DNA of 29,812 nt from positions 1-29,812 of the forward strand of contig JAOUGF010000001.1 of the NCBI GenBank assembly GCA_029857925.1, read 5' to 3'. Positions within the stretch are counted from its first letter, which is position 1, and each line of letters starts with the position of its first letter. Origin of the DNA: Gammaproteobacteria bacterium (lineage in GTDB: Bacteria; Pseudomonadota; Gammaproteobacteria; S012-40). The translations under genes were made by a program, and so were the position numbers. The notes below the pieces were generated by a model. The model was given only the letters and a program-made list of their open reading frames with translations, made no database searches and was not told where the DNA came from. This document shows positions 1 through 9,305 of this stretch, piece by piece.

Positions 1-1285
1 TGTGCGGAAACATATTCATTACACCCGCCATGGATAATTGATACCCCATTTCCTCTACAATAAAACGGGAATCTCGGGCCAATGTGGCGGGGTTACAAGA
101 AACATAGACGATACGTTCGGGTCGCAATCGACACAGTTGTTGTAGCATTTCAATAGCGCCCGTGCGCGGGGGATCGAGTAATATTTTGGTGTATTCACGT
201 CGTGTCCACGGCGCGCCCGCAAAATCGCCGCTCAGGTTTTGCACGACAAATTCGGCGTTGGCAACACCGTTTGCGTGCGCGTTTTCGCGCGCGCGTAATA
301 TCGCCTTTGTCTCTCCTTCCACACCCAAAACAGACGCCGCGTGCCTGGCCATTGCAAGACTAAAATTGCCCAAACCACAAAAAAGGTCCAATACGTGATC
401 TTGTCCATTCAACGCAAGCAACGCAATCGCCTGTGCGACCATCTTACGGTTAATGACATGATTAATTTGTGTAAAGTCATTCACACCAAAATCAAATGTC
501 AGGCCGTATTCCGGCAATTCATATTGGAGTGGGTCGGAAACCAGCGAAACAGGCAACAAATTATCTGGACGATCTGCCTGCAGAAATATTGTAAAACCGT
601 ATTGTTCACCAAATTTTCGGACTATTTGCAGATCTGCGTCCGTTAGTGCGGCCAAGTGTCGTAACAAAAGAACGCGCCCACGATCACCAATCGCAAGCTC
701 TATTTGCGGGATTTGCGCGCGTACGCTTAATTGCGACAAGGCCTCGGACAATGCCTCCAATCGTTCACCGATATCTGGGTGCAATACCGGGCAATTTCGC
801 ACATCGGTTAATAAATGACTACGTCGTTCACGAAAACCAACGAGTACACGCCCTTTTTTCTCCACATATTTTGCACCTAAACGTGCCTTGCGTCGGTAGC
901 CCCAATTGTCACCCCGCAAGGCGGGTAATATTTGCTGCGGTGTCACATTTCCGATATGACGCAGATTCTCAAGCATTTGATCCTGTTTAAATGCCAACTG
1001 CGCATCGGCGTCAAGGTGCTGCAATACGCAGCCTCCGCATACACCAAAATGATTGCAGCGCGGTTTGACGCGCAGTGCCGAAGTTGTTTTGACCTCCAAC
1101 ACCTCCGCTTCATCAAAGTGCCGGTGTTGTTTATACACTCGCGCCTCTACCTGCTCACCTGGAAGGGCGCCATCTACGAAAACGGCCTTACCATCAACAC
1201 GCGCGACGCCTTTACCTTCGTGCGAAATACCCGTAATTTCGACAGCAAACACCGGAAATATTCGCGTATGATTTTTCTTGCGCAT
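1..1285 (-). CDS. rlmD: 23S rRNA (uracil-1939-C5)-methyltransferase RlmD; C-terminal end runs off the left edge of the window
   Basis: Absent from the ORF track because its stop lies outside the window; translated by hand in parts. ATG at 1285 gives MRKKNHTRIFPVFAVEITGISHEGKGVARVDGKAVFVDGALPGE (TRAM domain). Also seen: the Fe-S motif CNHFGVCGGC, DFTQIN, the SAM motif VLDLFCGLGNFSL, LLDPPRTG, YVSCNPATLARD and MFPH. The segments at both ends are in the same frame. Confidence 0.95.
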   Translation of the reverse strand, partial: MRKKNHTRIFPVFAVEITGISHEGKGVARVDGKAVFVDGALPGEQVEARVYKQHRHFDEAEVLEVKTTSALRVKPRCNHFGVCGGCVLQHLDADAQLAFKQDQMLENLRHIGNVTPQQILPALRGDNWGYRRKARLGAKYVEKKGRVLVGFRERRSHLLTDVRNCPVLHPDIGERLEALSEALSQLSVRAQIPQIELAIGDRGRVLLLRHLAALTDADLQIVRKFGEQYGFTIFLQADRPDNLLPVSLVSDPLQYELPEYGLTFDFGVNDFTQINHVINRKMVAQAIALLALNGQDHVLDLFCGLGNFSLAMARHAASVLGVEGETKAILRARENAHANGVANAEFVVQNLSGDFAGAPWTRREYTKILLDPPRTGAIEMLQQLCRLRPERIVYVSCNPATLARDSRFIVEEMGYQLSMAGVMNMFPH

Positions 1286-1286
1286 A

Positions 1287-2066
1287 TTATTCCGGCCACG
1301 CGTTCAAAAAGGCAGACCAATGCGGTTTTTCTAACTTTGCCAGTTCATCACGCACTAAGGCGCATTCTTCACGATAATCGGCGGCAGAAATATGCCCACG
1401 CATTAATTGAAATCGTTGATAGATTAAATAGGTGTTCAATACATCGGTTTCGCAATAGTTGCGAATTTCGTCAATTTCACCCGCCAAATAGCGGTCCCAC
1501 ACTAGACTCCCGTCCATATCGAGCTTACCTGGGAACCCCAACAAGGTTGAGATATCATCGAGGGTGGCCGTGGCGCGCGCTTGAAACAACGCCAATACAT
1601 CCATCAAATCCGTGTGACGTAGATGATAGCGATTTATGTAGTTATTCCACTTGTGGTCTTTATCAAACTCCCCTTGATCCCAATAGCGGGGCGCGGAAAT
1701 GCCGTGTAAAAGCGCACGATAATGCAACACCGGTAAATCAAAACCGCCGCCGTTCCAAGACACGAGTGTAGGTCCGAATTTTTCCACGCCATCAAAAAAC
1801 CGCTGAATTAATTCTGCCTCATCGGAATCCGACGTGCCCAAAGACCACACTTTGAACGCATCCTTGGTGCGCAATACTGCGGAAATCGCGACTATCCGAT
1901 GCAATGGCAATTTTAAAAAATCCGAACCGCCGGTTTGTTGTCTACGTAATTGGGCCAGCGCGTTCGCCGCATCCTTATCATTTAGATCACCCAAACCATA
2001 CATGCGTCGCCCGGTCTGCACATCGGGCACCGTTTCAATGTCAAAAACAAAAATTGGACTAATCAT
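1287..2066 (-). CDS. Stand-alone 3'-5' exonuclease of the DEDDy/PolB-proofreading-like family
   Basis: ExoI FDIETVPD, ExoII WNGGGFDLP and ExoIII YCETD motifs. The start overlaps the cysM stop and the stop lies 1 nt before the rlmD start, which suggests an operon. Confidence 0.85.
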   Translation of the reverse strand: MISPIFVFDIETVPDVQTGRRMYGLGDLNDKDAANALAQLRRQQTGGSDFLKLPLHRIVAISAVLRTKDAFKVWSLGTSDSDEAELIQRFFDGVEKFGPTLVSWNGGGFDLPVLHYRALLHGISAPRYWDQGEFDKDHKWNNYINRYHLRHTDLMDVLALFQARATATLDDISTLLGFPGKLDMDGSLVWDRYLAGEIDEIRNYCETDVLNTYLIYQRFQLMRGHISAADYREECALVRDELAKLEKPHWSAFLNAWPE

Positions 2067-2953
2067 TCAGGGAATACCCCGGTGGATAAATAGCGGTCGC
2101 CGCGATCACAAATAATGACAACGATCAGCGCGTTTTCAACTTCACGCGATAAACGTAATGCCGCAGCAACGGCACCGCCAGAGGAAATACCTGCAAAAAT
2201 GCCTTCATCACGCGCCAAACGACGAGTCGTTTCTTCCGCATCCGTTTGGCTCACGTCAAGTATCCTATCTACGCGAGGGGGTTCGTAAATACGCGGCAAA
2301 TAGGCCTCCGGCCAGCGACGTATCCCGGGGATATTCGACCCCTCACTGGGCTGCACGCCCACGATCTGGATCTGCGGATTTTGTTCTTTTAGATATCGCG
2401 ACGTCCCCATGATGGTGCCGGTCGTTCCCATCGCGCTTACAAAATGTGTAATTCTGCCTTGGGTGTCACGCCAAATTTCGGGACCAGTCCCTTCGTAATG
2501 CGCGCGCGGATTATCCGCATTGCCGAATTGATCTAGGACTATACCCTTGCCTGCGCGACGCATTTCATCGGCAAGGTCACGTGCCCCTTCCATACCGGCG
2601 GATTGACTGACGAGCACGATTTCTGCCCCAAAAGCCTTCATGACACCACGCCGCTCTATACTCATATGTTCCGGCATAATGAGAATCAGTCTATACCCCA
2701 TCACGGCGGCGGCCATTGCCAACGCAATACCAGTGTTCCCGCTGGTGGCCTCGATTAACGTATCTCCCGGGTGTATATCACCGCGGGCCTGGGCATGGAC
2801 GATCATGCTCATGGCTGGCCGGTCTTTCACTGACCCGGCAGGATTATTGCCTTCAAGCTTCGCGAGTAATGTATTCGATGTACGCCCGGGCATGCGCTGT
2901 AAACGTACCAACGGGGTATTGCCGATAAACGACTGTATAGTGGGAAATTCCAT
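2063..2953 (-). CDS. cysM: Cysteine synthase B (O-acetylserine sulfhydrylase, PLP-dependent)
   Basis: IGNTPLVRL, the PLP-lysine motif KLEGNNPAGSVKDR, EATSGNTG, GTTGT, GIRRWPEAYLP and ICDRGDRYLSTGVF, all typical of CysM. Confidence 0.95.
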   Translation of the reverse strand: MEFPTIQSFIGNTPLVRLQRMPGRTSNTLLAKLEGNNPAGSVKDRPAMSMIVHAQARGDIHPGDTLIEATSGNTGIALAMAAAVMGYRLILIMPEHMSIERRGVMKAFGAEIVLVSQSAGMEGARDLADEMRRAGKGIVLDQFGNADNPRAHYEGTGPEIWRDTQGRITHFVSAMGTTGTIMGTSRYLKEQNPQIQIVGVQPSEGSNIPGIRRWPEAYLPRIYEPPRVDRILDVSQTDAEETTRRLARDEGIFAGISSGGAVAAALRLSREVENALIVVIICDRGDRYLSTGVFPE

Positions 2954-3016
2954 GGGTCCAACCGATCAGGGGTAAAGTGCTATTATATGGATGTCACTCA
3001 CTAAGCGAAACTGCAA

Positions 3017-3385
3017 ATGACAATTAAACAAACGTCTCCCCCTCTAACGGCATCGCCGGAATGGCAAGCGGTATTGGTGCAAACCCATGGCAATGTGGCC
3101 TTGGCGCGCCAATTATTTAGTATATTGGCGGAAGAACTTCCCGGGCAATGTGCGGAGATTGAGGCACAATTGCAGCAGCGAAAATGGCAAGCGGCCGGAA
3201 AAATTGTGCATAAACTGCACGGCTCAAGCAGCTTCTGCGGACTTACCGCCGTGCAAACGATATGCGCCGAACTGGAATCCGTGTTGCGCAAGGAGCAACC
3301 GCCCGACGCAACACTCATAGCGCGGTTTAGACTAGAAACCAACCAACTGATGCAATTTCTAGCGCAACTTGCTCACTGTGCATAA
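3017..3385 (+). CDS. Free-standing histidine phosphotransfer (Hpt) domain protein resembling the BarA/GacS C-terminal Hpt
   Basis: 122 aa with [11 protein letters not shown] (Hpt phospho-His motif), preceded by W-x-x-x-L...GN..LA..L and followed by C..LE, the pattern of BarA/GacS Hpt domains. Divergent from cysM; overlaps the galU 3' end by 13 bp. Confidence 0.8.
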   Translation: MTIKQTSPPLTASPEWQAVLVQTHGNVALARQLFSILAEELPGQCAEIEAQLQQRKWQAAGKIVHKLHGSSSFCGLTAVQTICAELESVLRKEQPPDATLIARFRLETNQLMQFLAQLAHCA

Positions 3386-4248
3386 GTCTTTAGGTAGGCA
3401 GCAAATGCACCACCCACTTCTGTATGTTTGAGTCCATATTCAACGGTCGCCTGCAAATACCCCAGCTTATTTCCACAATCGTAACGCTTGCCTTCAAACT
3501 GATAGGAATACACCGACTCTTCGGCAAGTAAACGGGCGATACCGTCCGTCAACTGGATTTCTCCGCCTGCACCACGCGAGATTCGTGTCAAATGATGAAA
3601 AATCCGCGGACTCAAGATATATCGACCGACCACGCCCAAATGCGAGGGCGCGACTTCCGGCTTGGGTTTTTCGACAATAACCTTTACCTTACCTAATCGA
3701 TCGTCTAGCGTGTCAATCGCGACGATACCGTATTTGTCGGTATCTTTCGGTTCTACGGGTTCTACACCGATCACGCTATACCCGCGTTCACGTTGAACGT
3801 CTATCATTTGCGCGAGTGCGCCTTTTCCGCTCCCGTCTATCAAATCGTCCGCGAGTATCACTGCGAAGGGTTCATCTCCGACTACATCTTTCGCGCACAA
3901 TACCGCGTGGCCTAAACCCAAGGCCTCCGCTTGACGAATGTAGACGCAGCTAACGCCCTCAGGCAACACTGAACGCACGATATGCAACAATTCCTTTTTG
4001 CCGTTTTCCGCTAACTTGGTTTCCAATTCAAAATTTTTGTCAAAATGGTCTTCTATCGCACGCTTACTGCTGCTGGTTACAAAAATCAATTCCGAACAGC
4101 CGGCGGCTACTGCCTCTTCCGCCGCGTATTGAATAAGCGGTTTGTCCACAATCGGTAACATTTCTTTAGGATTGGCCTTGGTTGCGGGTAGAAACCGTGT
4201 ACCTAACCCCGCAACAGGGAACACTGCCTTGCGTACAATTTTATTCAT
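3373..4248 (-). CDS. galU: UTP--glucose-1-phosphate uridylyltransferase
   Basis: [64 protein letters not shown] and RYDCG motifs. Confidence 0.96.
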   Translation of the reverse strand: MNKIVRKAVFPVAGLGTRFLPATKANPKEMLPIVDKPLIQYAAEEAVAAGCSELIFVTSSSKRAIEDHFDKNFELETKLAENGKKELLHIVRSVLPEGVSCVYIRQAEALGLGHAVLCAKDVVGDEPFAVILADDLIDGSGKGALAQMIDVQRERGYSVIGVEPVEPKDTDKYGIVAIDTLDDRLGKVKVIVEKPKPEVAPSHLGVVGRYILSPRIFHHLTRISRGAGGEIQLTDGIARLLAEESVYSYQFEGKRYDCGNKLGYLQATVEYGLKHTEVGGAFAAYLKTYAQ

Positions 4249-4718
4249 TCACGTTGACTTCCAATAAAGAAATATAATTTTAGGATCGCCTGTTCCACCC
4301 AAACAAAGAACGATATGCGCGTATAGCGGAGGACGACAAGTGCAACCACTACACCCAGGGTATCCGCCGCCATATCTGCAAATTCAAAGGTACGATAACC
4401 TGTCGTGCCTTGAATAAATTCTATCGCAACACCCATCGTAACAAAAGCATATGCGATCTTCGTTCGCTGGCGACGTGGATATAGGCTCCCGAACCAGTAC
4501 ATCAGTGTAGCATAAGCCAGCAAATGTCCCCACTTATCGCCCCAAGATATAGAGGAGACATCTGGTGGGCGAGAAGTTAAGGACAAATACCAGATCCCTA
4601 TAAAAATAAGCCATGCCATCCAACGCCAGCCCCACAAACACCGCGGATCAGCATATACAGTAACCATACTGGGCTTAATATTGCACGTTTTCTGCTTCAT
4701 GTGGCTAATTTGCAACAC
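4245..4718 (-). CDS. VanZ-family small membrane protein (start uncertain: 4718, 4700 or 4667)
   Basis: [18 protein letters not shown] and [14 protein letters not shown] match the VanZ DK..H / E..Q / R..D.D..AN..G pattern; four hydrophobic segments. Confidence 0.8.
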   Translation of the reverse strand: MLQISHMKQKTCNIKPSMVTVYADPRCLWGWRWMAWLIFIGIWYLSLTSRPPDVSSISWGDKWGHLLAYATLMYWFGSLYPRRQRTKIAYAFVTMGVAIEFIQGTTGYRTFEFADMAADTLGVVVALVVLRYTRISFFVWVEQAILKLYFFIGSQRE

Positions 4719-4827
4719 TCCTCTTTTATCAATTGCAAATTTCGGGTAAGCTCTAGTGGCATAGCAACAAACTACTTAACATAATTGCTATTCGGCAGTT
4801 TACCTTAAAATAATCAGCAATATAACC

Positions 4828-5961
4828 TTGTCAGGATATTCGCGGATGATGAATACGACGGCCATTGTAGTCGCACCTATTGCTACCATTATTTTTATCT
4901 GGTTGTTATATCCCCTTGCCCGCATGGTCGGCCTCATAGACAAACCTGGTGGTCGCAAAGATCACGACGGTGAAATCCCGCTCATCGGTGGAATGGCGAT
5001 GTTTTTGGGCCTATGCACAAGTCTGTTGTTTATCGACACATTACCGCAGAACCTACCTATCGTCTTGATGGCGGCGGGATTGCTACTCATTGTAGGCACC
5101 TTGGATGACTATCTATGTCTATCAGCATATTCTCGTCTCCTGGCGCAAGTTGGCGCATCACTCATAGTCATTCTATATAATGAACAATACCTGTTTGATG
5201 TCGGTCATTTATTCGACGGTTCGACTATCATCTCTTTAGGCGCAGTCGCGATACCTTTCACGATTTTCTCTGCTGTAGGCGTCACTAACGCAACCAATAT
5301 GTCTGACGGTATGGATGGTTTGGCGGGTGGCCTGGTACTAGTCGCATTGGCCGCGATCTGCGTCGCGACCTCGTTGAGCGGCTATACCGATTATACCTTC
5401 TTTTTATTGTGCTTTATCGCAACGATCCTTGCATTCCTTAGCTTTAATATGCGCGCCCCTTGGCGTAGCCGGGCGTCCATCTTCATGGGCAATGGGGGGA
5501 GCATGTACTTAGGGTTTGTCTTAGCATGGTTGCTGATACAACTCACGCAAGGGAACTTCCCGGCAATCCCCCCGGTAGTCGCGCTTTGGATTTTTGCGCT
5601 CCCCCTTTTAGACACGGTGTGTATTATGTTGCGGCGTCTATCAAAAGGCAGGTCTCCATTCGCGCCGGACCGCGAACACTTGCATCACGTTTTGCTATTG
5701 GCCGGTTATACGCCTAATCAAACAGTGTGGATAATGTTAGGTATCGCAGCTGTACTTGCTACGACGGGTTTAACCGCATATTACAATGGCGTACCGGAAT
5801 ACCTATTGACTTATACATTTGTAGCGCTCGCGGGAGGCTACTTATGGGCGATGCAGCGCGCCTGGAAGGTTATGAAACTCATACACCGTCATTTGGTTGC
5901 AACACCCCAAGGCATCGGGAATATTGCAGCGCGTCCAGTAAAGCGCTCGACGAGTAAATAA
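4828..5961 (+). CDS. wecA: WecA/MraY-like (glycosyltransferase family 4) undecaprenyl-phosphate sugar-1-phosphate transferase; start may be 4846/4849
   Basis: GLIDKPGGRKDH, PLIGG, GTLDD, NATNMSDGMDGLAGG, FMGNGGS (canonical FMGDxGS) and PFAPDREHLHH; about 11 transmembrane segments. Confidence 0.8.
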   Translation: MSGYSRMMNTTAIVVAPIATIIFIWLLYPLARMVGLIDKPGGRKDHDGEIPLIGGMAMFLGLCTSLLFIDTLPQNLPIVLMAAGLLLIVGTLDDYLCLSAYSRLLAQVGASLIVILYNEQYLFDVGHLFDGSTIISLGAVAIPFTIFSAVGVTNATNMSDGMDGLAGGLVLVALAAICVATSLSGYTDYTFFLLCFIATILAFLSFNMRAPWRSRASIFMGNGGSMYLGFVLAWLLIQLTQGNFPAIPPVVALWIFALPLLDTVCIMLRRLSKGRSPFAPDREHLHHVLLLAGYTPNQTVWIMLGIAAVLATTGLTAYYNGVPEYLLTYTFVALAGGYLWAMQRAWKVMKLIHRHLVATPQGIGNIAARPVKRSTSK

Positions 5962-6064
5962 CTTACGCATTCAGCGCATCAAATAATATTCCAATTTGTA
6001 AAATACTGGGGCGCTGCAACCCCATCTGCAATACATTTTCACACAATTTATGAGCGGTTTTTAA

Positions 6065-6093
6065 TTGCGGGTATACGCGCAACTTGATACTAT
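6065..6093 (+). promoter_or_regulatory. Candidate sigma70 promoter for the amino-acid permease
   Basis: TTGCGG (6065-6070), a 17-nt spacer and TACTAT (6088-6093), with an extended -10 TG at 6085-6086, 60 nt upstream of the ATG at 6154. Confidence 0.45.
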
Positions 6094-6153
6094 CAGCGCT
6101 GCCCTCGAACGCATAACATGCGTGTGCCACCCCTCTACCTCGTTAGGTGATCC

Positions 6154-7530
6154 ATGAACATATTGCGCACTAAACCTATCAATGCCGATGTGCAAAAGGA
6201 TTCCGGGCTGAAACGCTGCTTGTCGGCGCTAGATCTCACTATATTAGGTATAGGCGCAATTATCGGTGCTGGAATATTCGTGCTTACTGGGGTGGCGGCT
6301 GCGACACACGCCGGTCCGGCGATAATGGTTTCCTTTGTTATTGCCGGTTTCGCGTGCGCATTTGCGGCACTTTCTTACGCGGAATTGGCGGCGATGATAG
6401 GCGGTTGCGGCAGCGCCTATGGCTATAGCTACGCCGGGTTTGGCGAAATCTTGGCATGGATTATCGGTTGGGACTTGATACTAGAATATAGTGTTGCGAC
6501 CTCCGCTGTTGCGATTGGATGGTCAAGTTATGTTAATAATGCACTCAAAGCAATGGGCATTCAATTGCCTATTGAATTAGTGCATTCCCCTGTGGAAGGC
6601 GGCCTGATCAATCTACCCGCCGCAGGCATTATTTTGTTTCTCGCGATTCTCCTTGCGCTAGGCGTACACCACAGTGCACGATTTAATACGGTGATGGTAG
6701 TGATTAAGCTATTGGCCATTAGTATTTTTATAGGGGTCGGCGCTTCGCATATTGACGTTGCCAACTGGCAGCCTTTCGCCCCTTTTGGCTGGCCCGGCAT
6801 TGCCTCAGGCGCTGCGATTATCTTTTTTGCGTATATTGGCTTTGATGCGGTATCAACAGCAGCTGAAGAAGCTAAAAATCCTCGCCGAGATCTCCCTATC
6901 GGTATATTGGGCTCATTGATCGTGTGCACGCTAATTTACATGGCGGTTGCCGCTATACTGACTGGCATAGTACCTTATCAATCACTCAACAGCCCCTCGC
7001 CGGTGGCTGACGCATTATTGCGTCTCGGCCACCGCTGGGCAGCCGGATTCGTAGCCGCAGGTGCAATAGCAGGATTAACCACCGTAATGCTCGTGCTTTA
7101 TTATGGTCTGACGCGGATAATCTTATCCATATCGAGGGATGGTTTACTACCGCTTGCATTTTCAAGAGTTAATTCGCACACCCAAACGCCGGTCAGGTTA
7201 ATCCTAGCAAGCGGCTTATGCATGTCAATGATCGCAGGTTTTACCCCCATAGGGGATGTCGCTGAACTGGTAAATATCGGGACCTTGGCAGCATTTGTGA
7301 CGGTATGTGCAGGCGTTCTAATGTTGCGCTACACAAGACCTGATTTGCACCGCCCTTTCAAGACACCATTGATGCCTTTCATACCATTATTAGGCATTTT
7401 ATTTTGCTTGTATCTAATGGCGAGCCTACCATTTATCACTTGGATACGATTCGCAATTTGGTTAGCTTTCGGAATAATTGTATACTTCGCCTACTCATAC
7501 CGGCATAGCGAGTTGCAGCCAAAGAGATGA
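6154..7530 (+). CDS. APC-family amino acid permease (cationic amino acid transporter/YhdG-like)
   Basis: LGIGAIIGAGIFVLTG, GSAYGYSY and FFAYIGFDAVSTAAEEAKNP motifs; about 12 TM helices; SD-like AGGTGA upstream. Confidence 0.9.
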   Translation: MNILRTKPINADVQKDSGLKRCLSALDLTILGIGAIIGAGIFVLTGVAAATHAGPAIMVSFVIAGFACAFAALSYAELAAMIGGCGSAYGYSYAGFGEILAWIIGWDLILEYSVATSAVAIGWSSYVNNALKAMGIQLPIELVHSPVEGGLINLPAAGIILFLAILLALGVHHSARFNTVMVVIKLLAISIFIGVGASHIDVANWQPFAPFGWPGIASGAAIIFFAYIGFDAVSTAAEEAKNPRRDLPIGILGSLIVCTLIYMAVAAILTGIVPYQSLNSPSPVADALLRLGHRWAAGFVAAGAIAGLTTVMLVLYYGLTRIILSISRDGLLPLAFSRVNSHTQTPVRLILASGLCMSMIAGFTPIGDVAELVNIGTLAAFVTVCAGVLMLRYTRPDLHRPFKTPLMPFIPLLGILFCLYLMASLPFITWIRFAIWLAFGIIVYFAYSYRHSELQPKR

Positions 7531-7586
7531 ATACTATCGAGACTTCATTTGATGACAAGGCAGCAAGGCGCCCTAACATTAAAAAT

Positions 7587-9248
7587 TTACAATAAAACGT
7601 CGTCCGCCACGTCTACGGTTTGGATTTTGTAGCGCGCTATTTTATCAATTAATGTACGTCTGGAAACACCTAGTGCCTCCGCCGCTTGTGTTTGATTCCA
7701 ACGATGACGCGCTAACTGAGCTCGAATGACACCTGACTCATACTTTTCCAATAATTCTCGTAGCTTCCCATTCGCTGACTTTTCATTACCCAAAGACAAC
7801 GAATTTTCCGATGATTGCACTGCGAGCGCCAGTTCTTCGTCGAAATGTTCAGGCAATAAGTGTCCACCCGAATCCGCGAGCAATATTGAACGCTCAATAA
7901 TATTTCGTAGCTCACGTACATTTCCTGGATAGCGGTAGCGCATCAAAAAATTCAGTACCACAGGTGAAATCCCAATGATTTCTTTTTCATATTTCTGCGC
8001 TAATTGATCGATAAAATATTTCACCAATGCCGGAATATCATCGCGACGGTCACGCAATGGGGGTACGGTAACCGGAAATATAGTCAATCGATAAAAAAGA
8101 TCTTCTCTAAAACTCCCTAGCTTGACTTTTGATGCGAGATCTTGATGTGTTGCGGCAACGATGCGCACATTCACTCTGCGCGCGACAGTTCCTCCCAACG
8201 GCCGTACCTCTTTTTCCTGTAACACGCGTAATATTTTCGCCTGCAAACCCAGCGGCATATCTCCGATTTCGTCTAAGAACAACGTTCCACCGTCAGCGAG
8301 CTCGATTAGTCCCTTTTTATCCGCGCCTGCTCCGCTGAATGCGCCCTTTTTATACCCGAACAATTCGCTTTCCAATAGATTTTCAGGCAGCGCCGCACAG
8401 TTCTGAACAACAAATTGTTTTTCTCTTCTATTACTGTTGTAGTGAATCGATTGAGCAACCAATTCTTTGCCGGTGCCAGTCTCTCCCAAAATTAAAACAG
8501 TAGCGTCAGACGGCAGAATCTTCTTTATTAACCCAAGAATCTTTTTAATCGCGTCACTATTGCCGATTATACGGCTAAAATCATAGTGCCCATGCATCTT
8601 TGCTATCAACGATTTATTTTCCTGCCTCAATTTGCGGTTTGATTCATCAAGCGCTTTGATGAGATAGCGATTTTCTTCGAAGAGTTTGGTATTCTCAATC
8701 GCTACCGCCGCTTGGCATCCCAACGCGCGCACTAAATTCTCATCATTATCATCAAAAGAAATGACTTCACCCTCTTTATTCAACGCGTTTAACATCTGTA
8801 ACACGCCTACCGTAATGCCTTCATGATCGATCAACGGTACTGTGAGGCAAGACGCAGTTTTCGTTCCAAGGATTTTATCCAATCTGTAAAGAGTGTCAAA
8901 TTGGTACCCGGTATATTCGTATATATTCACTATATTGATGGATTTCCCGCTAAATGCAGCATGCGCAACAATATTGCGCTCATTTTGCTTTCGCGCATCA
9001 TACAATTCTATTGGCTGAACATTTTCTGGACGCGCGAGTTTTGAACCACCCATATAAGTTTCAAGATATAGGTGGCGTTTAGTCGCATCCAACAACCAAA
9101 CAAGACTGGCTTGCGCGTTCACCAACAACCGTGTAGAACTCACAACCTGAGTCAAAAGGCGATCAAAATTACGCTCCTTGGACAGCAAGGTAGTTATTTT
9201 TATAAACTCTTGCAATGTCTGCGCATGATCTCCGCTGTTATTTATCAT
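7587..9248 (-). CDS. GAF-domain sigma54-dependent transcriptional activator (VasH/Sfa-like), GAF-AAA+-Fis HTH
   Basis: Walker A GETGTGKE, ESELFGYKKGAFSGA, Walker B LFLDEIG, FREDLFYRL, YPGNVREL and C-terminal HTH NQTQAAEALGVSRRTL. N-terminal GAF (TVPLIDHEGITVGVLQMLN). The ATG at 9248 with AAGGA upstream is preferred over the ORF-track start at 9299. It lies directly downstream of tssH, as vasH/sfa2 do. Confidence 0.9.
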   Translation of the reverse strand: MINNSGDHAQTLQEFIKITTLLSKERNFDRLLTQVVSSTRLLVNAQASLVWLLDATKRHLYLETYMGGSKLARPENVQPIELYDARKQNERNIVAHAAFSGKSINIVNIYEYTGYQFDTLYRLDKILGTKTASCLTVPLIDHEGITVGVLQMLNALNKEGEVISFDDNDENLVRALGCQAAVAIENTKLFEENRYLIKALDESNRKLRQENKSLIAKMHGHYDFSRIIGNSDAIKKILGLIKKILPSDATVLILGETGTGKELVAQSIHYNSNRREKQFVVQNCAALPENLLESELFGYKKGAFSGAGADKKGLIELADGGTLFLDEIGDMPLGLQAKILRVLQEKEVRPLGGTVARRVNVRIVAATHQDLASKVKLGSFREDLFYRLTIFPVTVPPLRDRRDDIPALVKYFIDQLAQKYEKEIIGISPVVLNFLMRYRYPGNVRELRNIIERSILLADSGGHLLPEHFDEELALAVQSSENSLSLGNEKSANGKLRELLEKYESGVIRAQLARHRWNQTQAAEALGVSRRTLIDKIARYKIQTVDVADDVLL

Positions 9249-9305
9249 ATATGCGTCCTTTTGTGGTGTGCGTTGAATTACAACGCTACAACGTGCCATT
9301 ACTTG

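Noticed and set aside
162-1771. Plus-strand ORFs of 72-279 aa (e.g. 932..1771)
   Set aside because: They are antisense to rlmD and the exonuclease, have no recognisable motifs, and are best explained as shadow frames.
3373-5961. galU-vanZ / wecA as a polysaccharide biosynthesis locus
   Set aside because: There are only three generic genes, with no glycosyltransferases, flippase or polymerase, so this cannot be called a cluster.
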